Translations under genes and position numbers: made by a program
Shown here: in pieces, positions 39,551 to 55,289 of the stretch
Layout: each line of letters begins with the position of its first letter
How positions within the stretch are numbered: the first letter of the stretch is position 1
DNA from: Pomacea canaliculata
Taxonomy: Eukaryota
DNA: 64,000 bases
Assembly: GCF_003073045.1 (NCBI RefSeq)
Contig: NC_037594.1
Coordinates: 13,301,353 to 13,365,352, forward strand
Direction of reading: 5' to 3'
The notes under the pieces: generated by a model
The model's database searches: none
What the model saw: the letters and a program-made list of their open reading frames with translations, nothing else
Told to the model about the DNA's origin: nothing

Positions 39551-42500
39551 TACCTAGTCAAACTGGAGTCACTAATACGATAAGGCCATCTATTTTGTTA
39601 GTGAACAGGCACATTTTTGTTTGGATTGAAAAGTGTCATTAGTGTCGATTGTTAGAATGCATTACACCGATGGGTCGTCAGTTAAATTACAAAAATGTTT
39701 AGAAAACAACATTCAAAACAGCGGACTGCAAGGAGATCAAGAGACTATAACCTACTGTTTCAATCATTTAAAACAAAGAATTTTACTCAAATAAATCAGC
39801 GCTTTTTCTGGCAGTATTTTGCATTAGCTCGTCAAGATAACTTTCATCAGCAATAAGTCAAAGTAGCATTCTCGCGAGATCTTGCAGAGACCAGGCCGAG
39901 ACCACGGGAGTGCACGAAGGCCGGCGTAATGAGGACGCGAGGAAAGGTGCTCTCGAGCAAGCCTCGTGAGACATGGGCGAGGGGTGAAGTAGAGATAATT
40001 TATGTTTCAAAGTGAAACCTCGTCAGGTTGGTAATGAGATTATCTGTAGCCGCTGATGGCAAATACTTGCTGGAAGGGCCCAGCTCCGCGATTTGACAAA
40101 GACCATGTGCTTGACGACGCGTGTGTTAGAAAATGTGTGCTTGATGAAGCCTGTGAGAGTATGCACGCGTACTTGAAAGAACATGGAAATAATAAAAATT
40201 AAGGTCATTAAGATAAATAGTGGGGGAAAGGACTTGGTTAAGATAAGGAGAATCGGCGTATGATTGAAGGTTGGGAATTAAAGGACAATCTACAAGTATG
40301 CCTATAAATGATTGTTATAAATGTAATTTATTTTTCCTCGATCATATTGTATATAATCATTGAATTAAAGCACTTGCTATTTTAAAAAAAAAACTTTCAT
40401 GAAGATATAAAAAGATATGCAAAAGAAATAGATATGTCTCTGTATTATGTCGGTATCCTTTAGCTTGAAATAAAGATAACTAACATCTGTTGAGTGGAGG
40501 AGAAAACTCTACATGTAGACATGACAGTATCACCAAAGATCGTGTCCTTTCATGTTATATAAAATCATTGGTATCACCTTTTTTTGAAACTATAAGCAAA
40601 AATTAAACTTTAATCCATCAATCTCAAAATAATACAACCGTAGATTATCAAAGCAAAATGTCATTCATTGGGACAAAAATAATTACATAACGTCATTTTT
40701 AATCACAGTGACTTATATAACTGAGCACGGAAGAATAATAATGATAAGAAAAAAAGTAATGGCTGTTACTTCATGTAACTTAATGTTAGTCTGCTTTCTC
40801 AACGTCATCTCTTCTTTCTCATCCTCATCATTATTATCACATCGACGTCTTTCATGGCGTGTCTCAATTTCGTTTAAATATAGAACAAATCTTTGAATAA
40901 AAATTGTCTTTCCCTCCCTGCCCCTCACACACTGGAAGAAAGGTTGCCACAATTATTGTGATAGGGAAGGGAAAGAAGATGGGATGAGGAGGCGGGGAGG
41001 TGAAGGTGGGATGTTGCACGTAACTAGTAATCGTAGCGTTGAAAGCGATCTCATCAATGCCGCATATACCCTTCTCCCTTGCCAACCGATCCTCCGAACG
41101 CTCCGATGACATCCCTCCCTCCCCCCCCCCAAACAACTCTCTTGCTTCTCACTAATCCATCAGCCTGTTCTTTTGCAGCATGTGGGAAAGTGGCGCAGCC
41201 TTAAGCGCCATTTATACATGTAACAAGAATAAAACAAAATGATGTATGTCGTCTCACCCCCCATTCCCCCAACCCACTTCAAATGCCTAAATCAGCGTGA
41301 GAAAAGCGCAGCAGAGGTTTGGTCTGGATGGCATTAGCGGCTAATGCATTTACCGGCTGCAGGTACGGTCGACGTCCGACAAATTCCTCCCTGCACCACT
41401 CCATCCTCCCAACTTCCCTGCTCGCCGCGCCGCCAGGCCAGATAATAGAGAGGTAGAAACTTCGACACCTCTGTGGGCTCTCTCAAGCAGTGGGTTGCTG
41501 GTTTCAAGACGAGGTTGTCAACTGGACAACCTTGAGCAAGTGGGGAAAGTTCTAGCTGGGTTGTTTAAAATTGAATGCAGAGGCATTTCGTATTGTCGAC
41601 AAAGAGCAGCGAGAAAGTCGTCGACAACAACGATTACGACACTAATGTTTCTGATCGGACATGGGTAGGTCTAAAACTAATTTCTGTAAGAATGTATTGC
41701 TACCATGTACTAGCTATGGTAATCAGCTGTCAGGTATCCAGACAACTCTCCAATCTTGTGCTTGTTCGATGACCCTTGCTGTTGCAGCAATCCGCTGAGA
41801 CGACCATTCACTTTTATGCTAGGAGAAGCATTGTCTTCACAAACGTGACCCGTCAGATGAAGGAAATGATGACTCCTGCGCATGCGCACACTGTGTGGGG
41901 CGAAAGTTTAGATCGTGACACCGGCGCACACGAAGCCGCGACCTTTCGTGGTACAGTATGTCCAAAAGTACCCTCAGCTGTCAAGCCTGGTAATAGCATT
42001 AGAGTATGGAAAGCCTTTAACATTTTCACGCGCTGGCCGCTTTAAATGTCGTTTTATACAAAGTGGGTAGTACTTCTGAGATTTGTACATGCCACTGGAG
42101 AATGTCTTTAGTCCGACGGATCATTGGTAGGACGTGGGATGTCCATTGTTTTACGATAAAAAAATATCAGCCTTGATATGTTCACTTAAAGATTGTCATA
42201 CTTCAGACTAACTTCGTTACTGAACATTTTTCGATGATGGTATCATTTGCCTTCATTTGTTGGCACCAAGACTGTACGACTGAGGTGATTAAAAATGTTT
42301 GACAATTTCATCTGCTTGGTAGCTAAACAGAATCGCAAACGTTAAATCGTTGACATTTCACACACACACCATCCTGACGCACTTCCAGTCACGGAGGTGC
42401 TGGTGGCTCTTACTGTGGAGACGCAAACACAGGCTGATTGTTTATGGCCGCTTGTGGTGTAATGGCTCCTTGCCGCTGGCGCTGCTACAAACACTTCTTT

Positions 42501-45500
42501 CGCTCTATTCCAAGGCTGACCTCCACCGGTTCGAACCGCTTACTTTTACGAACCTTAGGACCGACCGACTGTCAGAATCCGAGGCAGAGATGAAGGCAGG
42601 ACTGTAACATTGCCATCTCAAAGCATTTTATGATTTGTAGGAAAAAGCTTGCGCTGGATTTTCTTCTCTTGTGGCTATTAAACGAGCTGCGTGCGCAAGA
42701 AGCTGTCGATGAGCGGCGCATCTGAGGCAATCACACCTTATTTCAAAAGGCAGGAATTAATTATGCATTACAGTAACTGTCTTTGCATTTTAGTGTTGTG
42801 TTTAGGTCTGTCGTGCGGAAATTGTTCCTTGAACTTAGGGCTAACACAGCGCAGCAGCGAGTCGACGAACCCAAGCTGCTTCGAGTGCTTTGAACTCGGA
42901 GCGTCCTATGTTCTTTCACCTCCCACGGTCTTCTCGTTTTGAGGTGATGTCGGTTGTTCTTAGACCTTTTTTTTTTCTTTCTTTCTTTCTCTCGGCTGGA
43001 AAATAATTCTACGTGCATAGCTAAAGCGTGGGATTCTTTCTGTTTTCACGATTTTGTCATAGTTCAGTTCATTTCTTTCGGGCTCTGTCTTCTTTACTTT
43101 ATCGGGATAGAAATTGGGAAACATTTCCTCTGAAATTTTTCGGCGTAATTGGAATTTATTTGACCTGAATTTTTATTTTACAAAAGATTTGATAGCAACA
43201 GCTGTAAGCAATTAATGACGCCACTAGGGTCATTTGCTTTTGGATTTATGTGACGAGCAAAACGGGATCATTCACGGCAACTGAAAAATGGTCTAAGGAT
43301 TTAGAAGTGCTGAAACGTGAAAGTAGGAGATACCCGATTTTTCTGAACAAAATGTTTTCTTGCGCTCTCTCAGACCACAGTCAGTGCCCTCATTGTCTCC
43401 GAAACGTAATCGTCAAGTTCACAAATGGTCTGGAAGATAGTCTTTGATCAAGTATCATATTGCTGGGGGAAAAAGAGTAACCTAAAAAAATCTCCTTCGG
43501 CGTTCACGGTGTTTTTCTCTTAAAGTTGCAGGGACATTGTTTTCTATCGTTAAAGTTTTCGCATGACAAACGAAGCTGTTAGAAGTGTTATCAGCCGCTC
43601 TTGTTTTTGCGCATTTGTTCTGCACATGAAGGGAAACTATTCCCATTGCCAGTCCCTGCTGCATTGCTGCCTCTGCGCTGCGCGAATGGGGTAGGGGTAA
43701 GGGTGGGGAACTCCTGTGCGTGCATCTTCGGGGCCGATGTGGTAAAAGGGGAATCGTTTTTGAGTGTTTTTTTCAAAAGAAGCAAAATGACAGATGAAAG
43801 AGAGAGGAAACCAGTTTACAACTACAGTTTATGGGCGACTAGAAAGCCAGGAGATGAGATCATAGTGCCACCGTAGCAGCTAGCGGTCCAACGTGGCGAC
43901 TCTTCAAGCTGTCAGCAGAAGTGCCGCGGTGATTTGCAGCGTCTGCACGTGCTGCAGCCGGGTGGAAGGGCATCGCGTTGCCAAGCGCGAATCTGGCCGC
44001 ATATACGCCCCGAGCTTTTGCGTCGAATGGCCACCATAAAGAGTGCATTTCTCGTCAAGCGAAGGGCGGGTTTATCACTCTTTAAAAGGCGGCGGCAGCC
44101 TCCTATGGTTGTGGATGGAGGGTATGGGGAGGCTGGAAGAGGACGGTCTCAGAATGGAAAATGGCCTCTACTACTCGCGAAGTTGCTGGCCTGATGATGT
44201 ACGGGGTGACGATTTCAAGGACAGAGGAATTGTGGAAAAGGGAGGGAGACCTGATGAGGAGGGAAGAGAAACGCATTCCCTGAATGAGTTCTGCCTATAT
44301 TTTTTTTTCTTGAATTTTTACTGTACTGCCTTCGATTTTCTTACTGCATCTTTCACACATGCAGAAGGTTTTGAACATGTTCTGGATTGCAAGAAGCTAC
44401 AACCCCTCCATCCCTACTAACTTAAAAAAAACAAAAACCAAGAACAACAACTAAGTGCTTGCGTTTGTCGGTTTCCTCCGTCAGAGGGCAGCAGCGAGAG
44501 CAGACGGGTTAGGCAGGGGAGAGGTTTGTGGTGGGGTGGGGTGGGGGAGTGTAGTGGAAGGGTGGGAGTGATGCTAGCTTTTACACTCAACGCCAGAACT
44601 CAGTCATCCGTCTTCGGCAATGGGGTTGTCAATCTATCCGTCACTGGCGCTACCGCAGAACATCGCAAGAACGCAGGAGATGAAAACAAGAGACTAGTAA
44701 GATGAAAGAAAGTTGAAGAGAGAGCCAACACAAACGAGAAAATGGAGAGATGAAGTTGATGGGGAAGGGATAAGAGATGAGGTGCTAACGCTAGGCCAGA
44801 AAAGAGTTCACGGGTGGCGTTCTGAGGCGTGACGGATGATGTGCAGTGAGAGATGCAAATCAAAGAACAACGCAGCAACGTGGACCGGAGGTGTATTCCG
44901 AGTTTTAAAAGATGGATCCTCACTTTCGCCCACCCGCCTGGAGCCTCGCTCTTGTTCAGTCATGCGCAGTTCAGACTTGTCATCGCCTCGTGCCGTCGTT
45001 CCCCCTTCCCCACCACCACCACCGACCCCTTCCCGTTCTCTCACTCTCTTCTCTAGTACCGCTGTGTTCTTACCAGCTTCCCTCGAGATGGGCTGCCAAT
45101 GAGAAAACGGGGTATCTGTAACCCGACAGCGTGTCCAGAAAGCAACTTTGTCAGCCGTTTGGAACGCACCATCTTGTAAAGCAATCAGGATAAAAGAAAC
45201 GAATCGACAATCTATACACGTGTTTTAGCATTCCTCTTGATATGCAGCTCTGTTTAACTCTCCCTCCCTCCATCTCCTTTCTAAGGCGTGAGCAGTCCTG
45301 ATGAAAAGGGTTCTGTGATGTGTTCTTGTAGTGCAGCACCACGTGATTATTTGCAGGGTTAGGGACTTGTGCCCTGGGCTTGCAGTCCAAAGGCTCCTAT
45401 TTATATCTTTTTGTTGCGGCTGCTGTTGTTGTTGATCTTGCTGCTGTTGTCATTGTCGTCAACGCTTTTCAGAATCGGGTCTCGAGTGTCGAATGAAATA

Positions 45501-48500
45501 CGGAAAGATGTGTATACGACAGAGAAACAGAACACTTCTTAATAATCACATGTCTAAAACTTTTTCCCTTTTGAAGATAATTACTCCCCTCTCCCCCCGC
45601 AGATAAAGAGCTTTGACACAAGACACAAGATGGCCATGAAAGTGCAGATTATGAAGAGGGATTTAGTAAGGAAGTCCCAACATATCAAAACCAAAATATG
45701 ACAGGAAGAGGGTGGAGGAGTACAGAAACCTGACTCATTCACTGATGAAGCTTCATTGTTGAGTGTTTCCTTCAATATCCACAATCTCAGCGAGTATAAA
45801 AATAAACCACTATTGATGACAGTCATTCTTTTGCAACAAATATGAGTGCGAGTAATCATTTATTACTACATACCAGCATTAATATTCTTTTCTTATCCCG
45901 TACTAAAAGAAACTTGTATACGGTCTAAACTCATAACAAAATGGAGGGCGAGAGATGAGGGTGTGTGTGTGGGGAGGGGGGGGGGTTCAGACAAAGAGAG
46001 AAGCATAGAGACGACAAACAGATACGAATGGGAAGTAAGAAGAGTAATTACAAGTGGCGTGGCTTTAAAGGGGGCAGCAGCATGGACTACATGACGAACG
46101 CATGATGGATGTGTCTTTGTCTGCTCGGCGCACTTTGAAGTGTGTTGCGATGCATGGACGTTGTTGTCCTCAACCCTGCCAGCTGGCCTGTGGGCTTTTT
46201 CCCCGCAGGGCCATGCTTCTGATTCATGTTAGTGTCATCGTTAAGGCTGCTATACCCATCCTCTTAAACACAATCCATTGACCACAGTACACACGGCACG
46301 CAGCGCTGCTTGTCTGTCACCAAAATGAACCTAGAGATCTTTTCCAAATGGATCATTTTGTTCTACTATTTTACTTCTGTCTTTAAAAGCAATTGTCCTT
46401 TGCTAAACTTTGAAAAGACTTCACGATTTCACATATAGCTTGATTCTCTAATTCATTCGTCTTTCTTTCTCTCGCGCTTCCTTTTTTTTTTCTTCTTAAA
46501 CATATCATGTTCAAGAAACGTTCAGTAGACCACCACTAGCAGCAGTACGAACAGTCATTTTTTTTAAAGAGGAAGGTTAGTTGTACCTCACGCTGCATGG
46601 CTATAACTTCTTTCCCTTTTTTTTTCTTTGATGCAAAGTAAATAAAATCTTTCCCCTTCATTCCTCCGGGGAGAAGACCCTGGCTGTTGCTGCTGCTGCT
46701 GCGAAACCTATTTGATGCGGAGAATGGCTCACAGCTTATCAATTCCTCGACTCTATCGCACGGCTTAGAAATTCCTGAACTGAACTAAGGGAGATCAGGT
46801 TGAAAAGAATTTTTTTTTTCGAAAACCAAGCCATTTTTTAAAATTCAGAATGCGCAGAAAAGAAAAAAAAAAAGCGAAAAATAAAATCTCTGGGGCATGG
46901 AGTAGGCACGCTGGATTAGTGACCTAGGGTCAGATATTTTACATCTGAACTGTGAAGAAGATTTTTTTTTCTTGATCTTGAGTGCATAATTTTTACCGGA
47001 CGGGGCTGGGTGGGTCATAAATTCCGAGTGCAAATAAAGAATACTGCTACTCCTGGTTGTCTTTTTTTTATATCTATTTCTAAGTGTAAAAATAAGTGCA
47101 GAATTATTGAAAACCTTAACAAATGTATACAAAATCAGAGCACTAGACTAATTAAGGTTACATTCAGAATTAGCTAGGTGGGGATGGGGAGAGAAAAAAG
47201 GCGAGAGAGGAGGGAAGTGAAAGGGACCAAGCTCTCCGGTATTTAAAAAAAAATAAAATCTCGGTCTTTGTTTCCTGCTTTTATTTTCACTCCAAGGACT
47301 TGCACACTTTTCTCATCACGGAACTCCCACCCCCTTCATGGTAGACATTCGTTTGAGCGGCAGTACGTCAAGCGAATCAACTGGATTACGTCTATTTGTC
47401 TGTTGTTGTTTTTTTTTCTCGCGCTACCTCACCTTCTTTTCTTTCTTTCTATCTTCAGCCTCCTGCCTTCCTTTCTTTCAAAAATCCCGATCTTTGTCAT
47501 AAAACGTGCGTATGCGCGTGCGCACGCACACACACAGAGAGAGAAAGGATACAGCCCTCTCGACATTTACGCGCCATAAATACGTGTTTACGCGGTCTAA
47601 ACCCGTGTTTCCTCTGTCCTTAAACGCACCTTGCCGTCAGGGGGCGCTCATCTGGGCGACTGAGCAGCGCAGGACGTTGGTCTCACAGCCCCGGAAACGA
47701 CTGGACCACAATATTTGCTCGAGGAGTCTTTCTCCTTTCCTCCCTCCCTCCCCTCTTCTGAAATACGACCTTGGCTTTCACTTTTCGTCTGCTCGTGCCA
47801 CGTAGGGTTTTGCGCCAGACAAGGTAGTCATTTACGTCTGAAATCCCCATCATCATTAAGGCAGAAAATTACACGGCATGGCCTCCTTGAAGTCGCTATC
47901 TTAAATCTACAGCCGCCATCGTTTCTCCTATTTTATGTCAACCCTCCAGATGCAAGGGGCTCTAAATATTATTCGTAATCATTTCTCTCAGTTCAGTTGT
48001 TGGCGTACTTTCTTTTTGCCCTGCCATCCGCACAAGCGTCAAGGACTGTTCCATTTCTGCAGTAGTCTTAAAAACACCAGGCTTCTGCGGTGGTCCCCAT
48101 TCGTTGCCACGAAAATTAAAAACAACGAACTGGAAACGCTTAAAAAAAAAAAAAGAGGAGCACAGATTTAAAGGAACGTCAGCCTGCTATTGCGCTTGTT
48201 GTGTGTATGTGTGAAAGGGTTGGGGTGGGGATGGAACGGTAAGTTGCGAGGAAAATGTTTGTTTTATTGTTCCTTGGTGACTTAGTGTAAAGAGGTAGGG
48301 GATGAAAGCCGACGGAATATTCTGGTTCAGTGAGTGTGCAGACAGCTGCGCCGTTTCGCGCCCTCGCTGTCACGTATACGCATAAGCCTATAAGCCTGTC
48401 TTTACAAGCACCCAAGCTTGTCTACATACGTACCCCAGTCTGACTTGCATACACAACACAACCTCAACATACGCGAAAAGGGGAACGCTTTTATAGCATA

Positions 48501-49717
48501 TGTAAAAGTGAATGCTTTATACTTATAGCGTATGTAAAAGAAAACGCTCTATGACGTGTGTAAAAGTGTGAACTTAAAGAGGACCTTCAAAAATGCAGAG
48601 TATCAGGAGAACAAGAACAAAACCGATATAAAGAAATTAAAGTTAGAAACTATGAAAAGAAGCTACTTCTTTAAAATAAACACATAAAATAATGAAGTAA
48701 TGCAAATCGGACACAGACGGAGGAAACCGAGGAAGTGCTAATGTGTGCTTTTATCTCTCGGTATCTAGCGACACATGCTGTGGGCTTGAGAGAGATAGTG
48801 GCAGCAGAAGCAAGAATTCAAGTATTGGCCTCCTAGTGAGATGAATCGTGTCATTAATGTGTTGAAATGACGGCCATGGCTGATACGTGCTGATAATAAT
48901 GGTCTGTCTTACCTATAGACCTCACGGAAAATCAGCACTTCCTGTGAGCACTGATAGTGAGAGAAAATATTGCTTTCTGAAAGAGTTCTAGCTGGGAGCT
49001 GTACCATCAAATCTGCAGAGATAAGGCCAATAAATTATGATAACGCAATAAAACTCATGTCATTTGAATTATGATTTGCCCATTTTTGCGCAATAAAACG
49101 TGCATCACATTGTAGAGACATTTTGCATGCCGCTGGCCGGGTGAGCAGAGTAGGGTTTGTGCTACAGCATCGAGTCACATTGGCAACAGCCAACAACTGT
49201 ATCCTGGTGGGGGGACAGGCTTAGAAACACCGAGCATCACACGCTGACGAGAAGAATGGATAAAGGAAGCGGTAACTAGATGGAGCAAAAGACTACCCGC
49301 TCTGCCATTTTCGCGCACTATTTTAATAGCGTGTATAAAGACATTGAAAATATGCATACATAGTTCGAGTTCCACTAGATTGCAACGGCTAGAACTGATT
49401 GATTGGAAAGTTCTAGATTCTAGAATCACAATCAGAAGACACCAATTGATGACACGGATTTTGCCGATTGAAGCATTAGTGTTTTTAGTATATAAATGCC
49501 GACACACGAAGTTCAGTCTGATACGATTGTTAATACAAGAGTTGTATGCCTAATTAACATATACTTGACTTGGCTGTTGAAAACTAGACAAAAACTAAAT
49601 AAAGAAAATTAATTAAAAACAACAAAATCTCTTTTTTAAAATAATAACCGTAGCAATTTTATTAACATATTTAGAACGTTGTGCGAAATTTCGTTTTGGG
49701 TTTTAGGAAGCCGTCAT

Positions 49718-49720
<3 letters not shown>

Positions 49721-49749
<29 letters not shown>
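49721..49749. repeat. poly(T) homopolymer, ~29 nt
   Basis: Read directly from the sequence. Confidence 0.95.
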
Positions 49750-49755
<6 letters not shown>

Positions 49756-51694
49756 CCTAGACTTTCCATCGTCCAGAATAACAATGAAGCAAGAGAAAGC
49801 CCTGTGTTGTCTTCAACTGAGTTCATACATAACGACACAAAGATAGTTCTTGGTAAAGTATTTGAGCTGTGCACATTTATGCCTTTCTCAGCTACATAAT
49901 ACTTTGTTACTGATCATATTCTACAGATATTTTTGTCAATCAACAGTTTGACTATTATCTTATCTGAAAAATACCAATATTTTCTTTTTACAGTTGGGGA
50001 GAGGGTGTTTTCGTTAGTTCACAGGCAGGGGCTTCCTGAGTTGGCTGTCTCGCTACATCTCACACCTTTATCAGGTGAAAAGGTGTGCAAGGAACACTGG
50101 AACCTGTTAAAATCGATTTATAACGAGAAAGGTGCGGAAAGCTCCTGCCATCTCTTTGGAGGAGAAAATAACATACACACTGACGTCAAAGAGCACAAAC
50201 ACAGCGCTGATGTTTTCTTGTTTAGTGCTGAGATGGACTGATCTTTTTTTTTGTTTTCTTTGCTTATCTTTCGGTCTTCCTACTGTAACAGCAAGTTTTC
50301 TCGTTGTCTTCTTCCCTTTGTTGCATTATCCCTTTCGTCTGTGCTTTCGCTCCTTCTATACCTTTAATCTTTTTTTAATGTGTGTGTGTGGAGGCGTATG
50401 GTGTGCACGGGTGCAGGTTTGTCTATTGTGAGTTTTTGTATGATGTCCCTTGTTAATTAGAAGAGCAACACCTTGTTGGCCTGACAACGATTTATTCAGA
50501 TGAAAAAAATGAGGGTTCATTCGGAAATGACTTTGACTCCACAAGGCAAACAGCTGTGTAAGCTTCCCATGGAAACGCTTATGCAAAAGCAATGCCCTCG
50601 TCAGGTAGCTGAGGCCATACATTACCCATTAGCAGTTTTCCTATGCTCCCCTTGTCACCGGACTGGTGTTCTGCAGAAATGGGCGCAGGGCGAGTCAGTG
50701 GGGCCTTCGACAGGAAATAAATATGTGAGCAGTGTCGGAAATGAAGGTCCGAGATAGGGGCTAGCGACGGGTAGCCGGGGTCTGTACTGCACTGTGATTA
50801 TCCCACTACACTCGCGTGCCAGGCGCCCCACCCACCACTCCCGACAGGACCAGATGAGGAGTATGCTAAATGAGGATGAATCGCGTGTGTCAAGACAACC
50901 CGCCAGTCTTATCTCGGAATTCGAATCATGATGAAGCCAAAATGAGGGTGATGGCATGTTGCTGAGTCCTACCGTAGCTGTTATCGTTATCGTTAAACTT
51001 GTCTTCTCTCCTGACGAAAGCCGTAAACGGCATGTTTTAGAATACCTTGTAACTCTCATTCCTCTTGTTGTGCTAAACAAACAATGATGGAGGCAAAAAT
51101 CCACTATCGTCTGGCTTATAAACTGTCTTTCCTTCCTTTACTCACAGGACTTTATCGGGGACATAACAACCTACTTGCCTTTATCGCTGGCAATTGTGTA
51201 TGATCAACAAATTTAAGGTCAAATGCTTTCTACATCTTACATCGGAACAGTGAGGTTTTAAAAAAAGAAACAAGCAGGCAGTCACAGAGCCATGAAGGTA
51301 AGCCTTCAAGTGAGTCAGACGTTGACTCGTGCACGACACGTGCAGCCGGTGTTGTGGAACGTCTCGTGTCGAATCACGCTGTTGTTAGATGATGAAGACG
51401 CTGGCTGGCGCTCAGTTGCGGCTGGCGGATGCTTCTGCTCCGGCTATGATGGACGTTGTGCCCAGCTCGCAGGACGTGGTCAGGCGCTCCTCACTACCTG
51501 TGTTTGTGTTAAAACAAACAGCTACCAATAGCACGTGCCGCTGGAGCAACTTGCAGGTCATGCTGTGCTTGTTTTCCATCTTCGTTGTTTAAATAGAATT
51601 TTTTGAAATTTCTGGCTGATTAGTAGTTTGAAAGTTAAGAAAACTGTGTCAAACAGATTTCGTTATGAAAGATGCTGGTAGCCAAGTTCTCTTG

Positions 51695-51780
51695 CACAGA
51701 AACAGCCTCATTATCTCTATTTTAATAATGATTATAATCATAATCATAATTCATCAGCATCATCATCGCACTTTACAGTG
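51695..51780 (-). mobile_element. Diverged minus-strand copy of the SINE-like family (reverse complement 'catagcgagcactgtaaagtgcgatgatgatgctgatgaattatgattatgattataat')
   Basis: The architecture is similar (gcgag...cactgtaaagtg plus a trinucleotide tail) but it is more diverged from the other copies. Confidence 0.25.
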
Positions 51781-54700
51781 CTCGCTATGATTTCCCCTCC
51801 CCACCCCTAAAAAAATCCACACATGCATTAACAGAAACAATAGTAAAAAAACCCAACTGACAATGCGCTATATATTTTTTTTTCTTTTGCGTATCTTTCT
51901 TTCCGTTTTATACGTTCTTCCTCCTCTTTCCTTTTTTCTCGCTTTAATCATCTTTTGATAAATCTGTCTTAAGTAAGACCCTCTTCCTCGCAAATATTCA
52001 GATCACCGATGCACACAGCCCGAAAGGTATCCTTTTGATAAATCCGGCAGTGACAGGTAACAAGAACACCGTCTCGCCACATGAAAAGCAGCATATAAAG
52101 AAGTATATATATAGTTTCACCCTCAGGAGCCAACGCCAATCTCCTGCGAGGATCTTAGGCAACCAGGCCCGTGTGTCTGTCGTCTCGCTCTAGTCCATAT
52201 TGTAGAGAAGGATAGGATGTCGGAGTTGGGTTACCATGGATAGTTTCACTCCCTCCGCTAAATCTCTCTCTAAACTGGCTGATGCTTGGTTTTAAGCTCG
52301 TATTCTCTCATTCACCCTCTAGATTCCAGACTTGAAGCAACCAACATCCCCGTCTATTTAAAAGTGCCAGCACTTAGCTGCTCAAAACTGCAGAAGTGTT
52401 TTTGTCTTAACCTTCTGGTTTCTGGCAGATACATTCCCTTCGAGATGTGGGGTTTTATTACCCCTCCTATTTGCATTAGTAGGCAATGGATTGTGCGTCC
52501 CTTTCAGTCTGGATCCTCTGTGATCTCCTATTGCTATCCACACATGAGGACAAAGACTTCCGCACGATGTTTGGTTGTTTGTCATATTATAGCTTTTTAG
52601 CATTCAAGGTATTAAATATTAATGGTCAAATATAAGTGAAGGAGCATTGCTCACATGTTCTCTGAAAAGCGTATGCAGCGCTGATGGAGTGAAGGTAAAA
52701 CGATAAAAATCAGTTTTTAGGAAAATCAGCTTGGAAAAAAGTCTTAGCCTTTGTCGGTCATCCATCTTAGCTCTTCTTTCCCTCTCGCTTGCTGCCTCTA
52801 AAAGCTGTTAGGACGCGTGAATCTAAGAGGGGGAGCACCGCCAACAATATACCAACACCTTGCACAAGGCGGCGGCGGTGTATGTGGCGTGGGTCCGGCA
52901 GGTTTCGTACCACTATCGGCACTCGTAGGGAGCTTGTCTGTGTCTAGCGAAATAGGGAGGCAATTAAGTGGTTTTGAAATGTGATCTACACCACGCTGGA
53001 GACTGGTCTCAAACACGGCAATCAGAGTAGCTCTTTGCACTGTTATTCTCGTCACCTGCTACTTCAACACCCACGCACGCAGACATACGCACACACGCAC
53101 GTACTCGGCCAGCATGCAAGAAAGCTACAGCGTCAGACTTGACACAACAGCGAGGCAGGGAGTAAAGCCTGGCTCTGCGGGAGCCGTTACGAGAAACCGC
53201 TGCAGGACGTCTAAGAGTTGTCAAGTCGCATGTTGTTGTTAAATGGATGCCCTCCCTTGCATTGTTTCACTGACACATGACAGAAATTCAAGCGGAGAGA
53301 TTAGCTAGGAGTCTAAGAGCAACGCGGTTAAGAGAGAGAAAGAGCGAAAAAAAAAAAAGAAAATTATTTTGTTGGAGTGTCTAAATGCAAAGGAACCCTC
53401 TCTCTCGGGGGTGGGGAAGTGAACACTCACTGTGGCCAGACATGCTTTGGTGACTTCAAATAACAAAAAACTTTTTTTTCTTAAAATTCCTTTTGCTGTA
53501 TCAAAGATTATTTTTATTTGTTTTCATTGTTGTGCTTGTCTTATCGTCAGAATATAGAGGTGTAAATTTTGCGGTAATCTGCGAAGAGGAGTAAAAAAAT
53601 CTTCAGCTGAGGGGATTGTGTGTACAGTCGTGGCATTGTCGGAGCAGAAATGGATCTTACATTAAGAAATGTTTGGTATGTTACGAGATAATAACTGATA
53701 ATAAGACTAAAATGAAAATATGGTGGCCAAGATGAAGATTGTTCTTTCTTGTTATAAAACATTTACATAATCTTTTACTTTGTGTACTTGCCTGAATGAT
53801 ACTGGGTACATAGAAATCTGTAATGCCTCATATGTTTGCGATTCCTCATTTTCGTGTCTCAAGCAACATCGTTTAAGCCTTGTTATCAATCCCGATGAAA
53901 ATTATTATATTCCAGGTGTTATAGAATCTGATTTTGCAATTTATATTCTTCTGTATAAGGTACAGTGACTTGAAAAAGAGGTATATTTTAAAATGTATCC
54001 AATATTTGTCAGCTTTTCTTTTATTTTTGTCACTAGATAACAGTAATAGGAGTGCGCCTATTAATGTGGTCAAATACCTCTCTGAAACTTTCGAGGTTCG
54101 CAATTTAAATTGAAAGCTATTCATCACCGCAGGCTTAATCTTTTGTTTCCCTGCTTATTTTTACGAATACTCTCTGCTTGTATGTGTGTGTATTTATGTA
54201 TATGTGTGTGTGTATATATATATATCTGGGTATTTAATAACAATGCTGATTAGACGCAGAGAGTATAAAAATAGTAGTATTATATATTTATGAGACACAT
54301 CTATAGGCGATAGTAACTTGTGATACACTTTGATTTTGTAATATTCTTTTTACTCTCTTGAAATAGGTCTAAAGTTCAGATTCAAATTTTCTTTCATACC
54401 CTCTCACCTCATCTGACAAAATGTCTTACAATATTATTTTTTATTCCAACTACGTGTTTTCTTTCTCATATTGCCAGCTAATGCTTATTTTTTGAAAGCA
54501 CACTGAAGCTCCTTAAATTTGGGGTTGCGCGTCAGATTCGGACACAAAAGTTACCTTTTAATTTATTAAATTATTTATTTAATATATTAATTTGAACTAA
54601 ATTTCAAACGCACCTTGTCAAAGACCCTAAACAAACGTTTGGTGTTAGCATGCCATTTATGTCGGTTCCACCGAAGAAGCAGTTTCAGAAAAGGCACCTC

Positions 54701-55289
54701 AGTTGTCCGAAGCAACTGATAGAGAGGTACCAAAAACAATCATGTTTACACAATGGTCACATTCTTTTCAAACTTTGAAAAGGAGTCAAAAAGAGAGGGA
54801 TGGATAGATGGAGAGAGAATAAGTGTGTATGCCACTTAAAGTAATGTTGAGCCATTAGTAATATAGTCAAATACACGAAGAGGTATTACACTTTACCTGC
54901 TGTAAACGCGTTTAATAACTAAAATTAGTATATATATACACACACACATACAGATTAAACGTAGATAGGCAATTTTATCTGTTAAAATCTGAGGTTGGTA
55001 GTGTTGCTTGAAAATGATATACTCAAGAATTCCATTCCCGTTAATTTCAGCCCCTTAAGCTAAAATGTTAAAAGCGAAAATATATTTACACACGTCCTTC
55101 AAGATGATTCGTGGTCGCTTTCATTTACTTCACTTAGATTCCTTACTTCTTTCAGTCCCCTCCTCCAGCTATTCGACAACCATCCGAGCCAACAAACCAA
55201 TGAACCCACCCAACCATCAGTACCATGTCGAAATGAAATCTCATTATCATCGCAAATACGTGTAAAAATTGTATTAAATATTTCGCAGG

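Noticed and set aside
42450-42545. tRNA-like motifs (GTGGTGTAATGG ... CACCGGTTCGAACCG)
   Set aside because: The A-box and B-box-like elements are ~65 nt apart, and no cloverleaf can be folded by eye. It is more likely a degraded tRNA-derived SINE head or chance. I am not calling it a tRNA gene.
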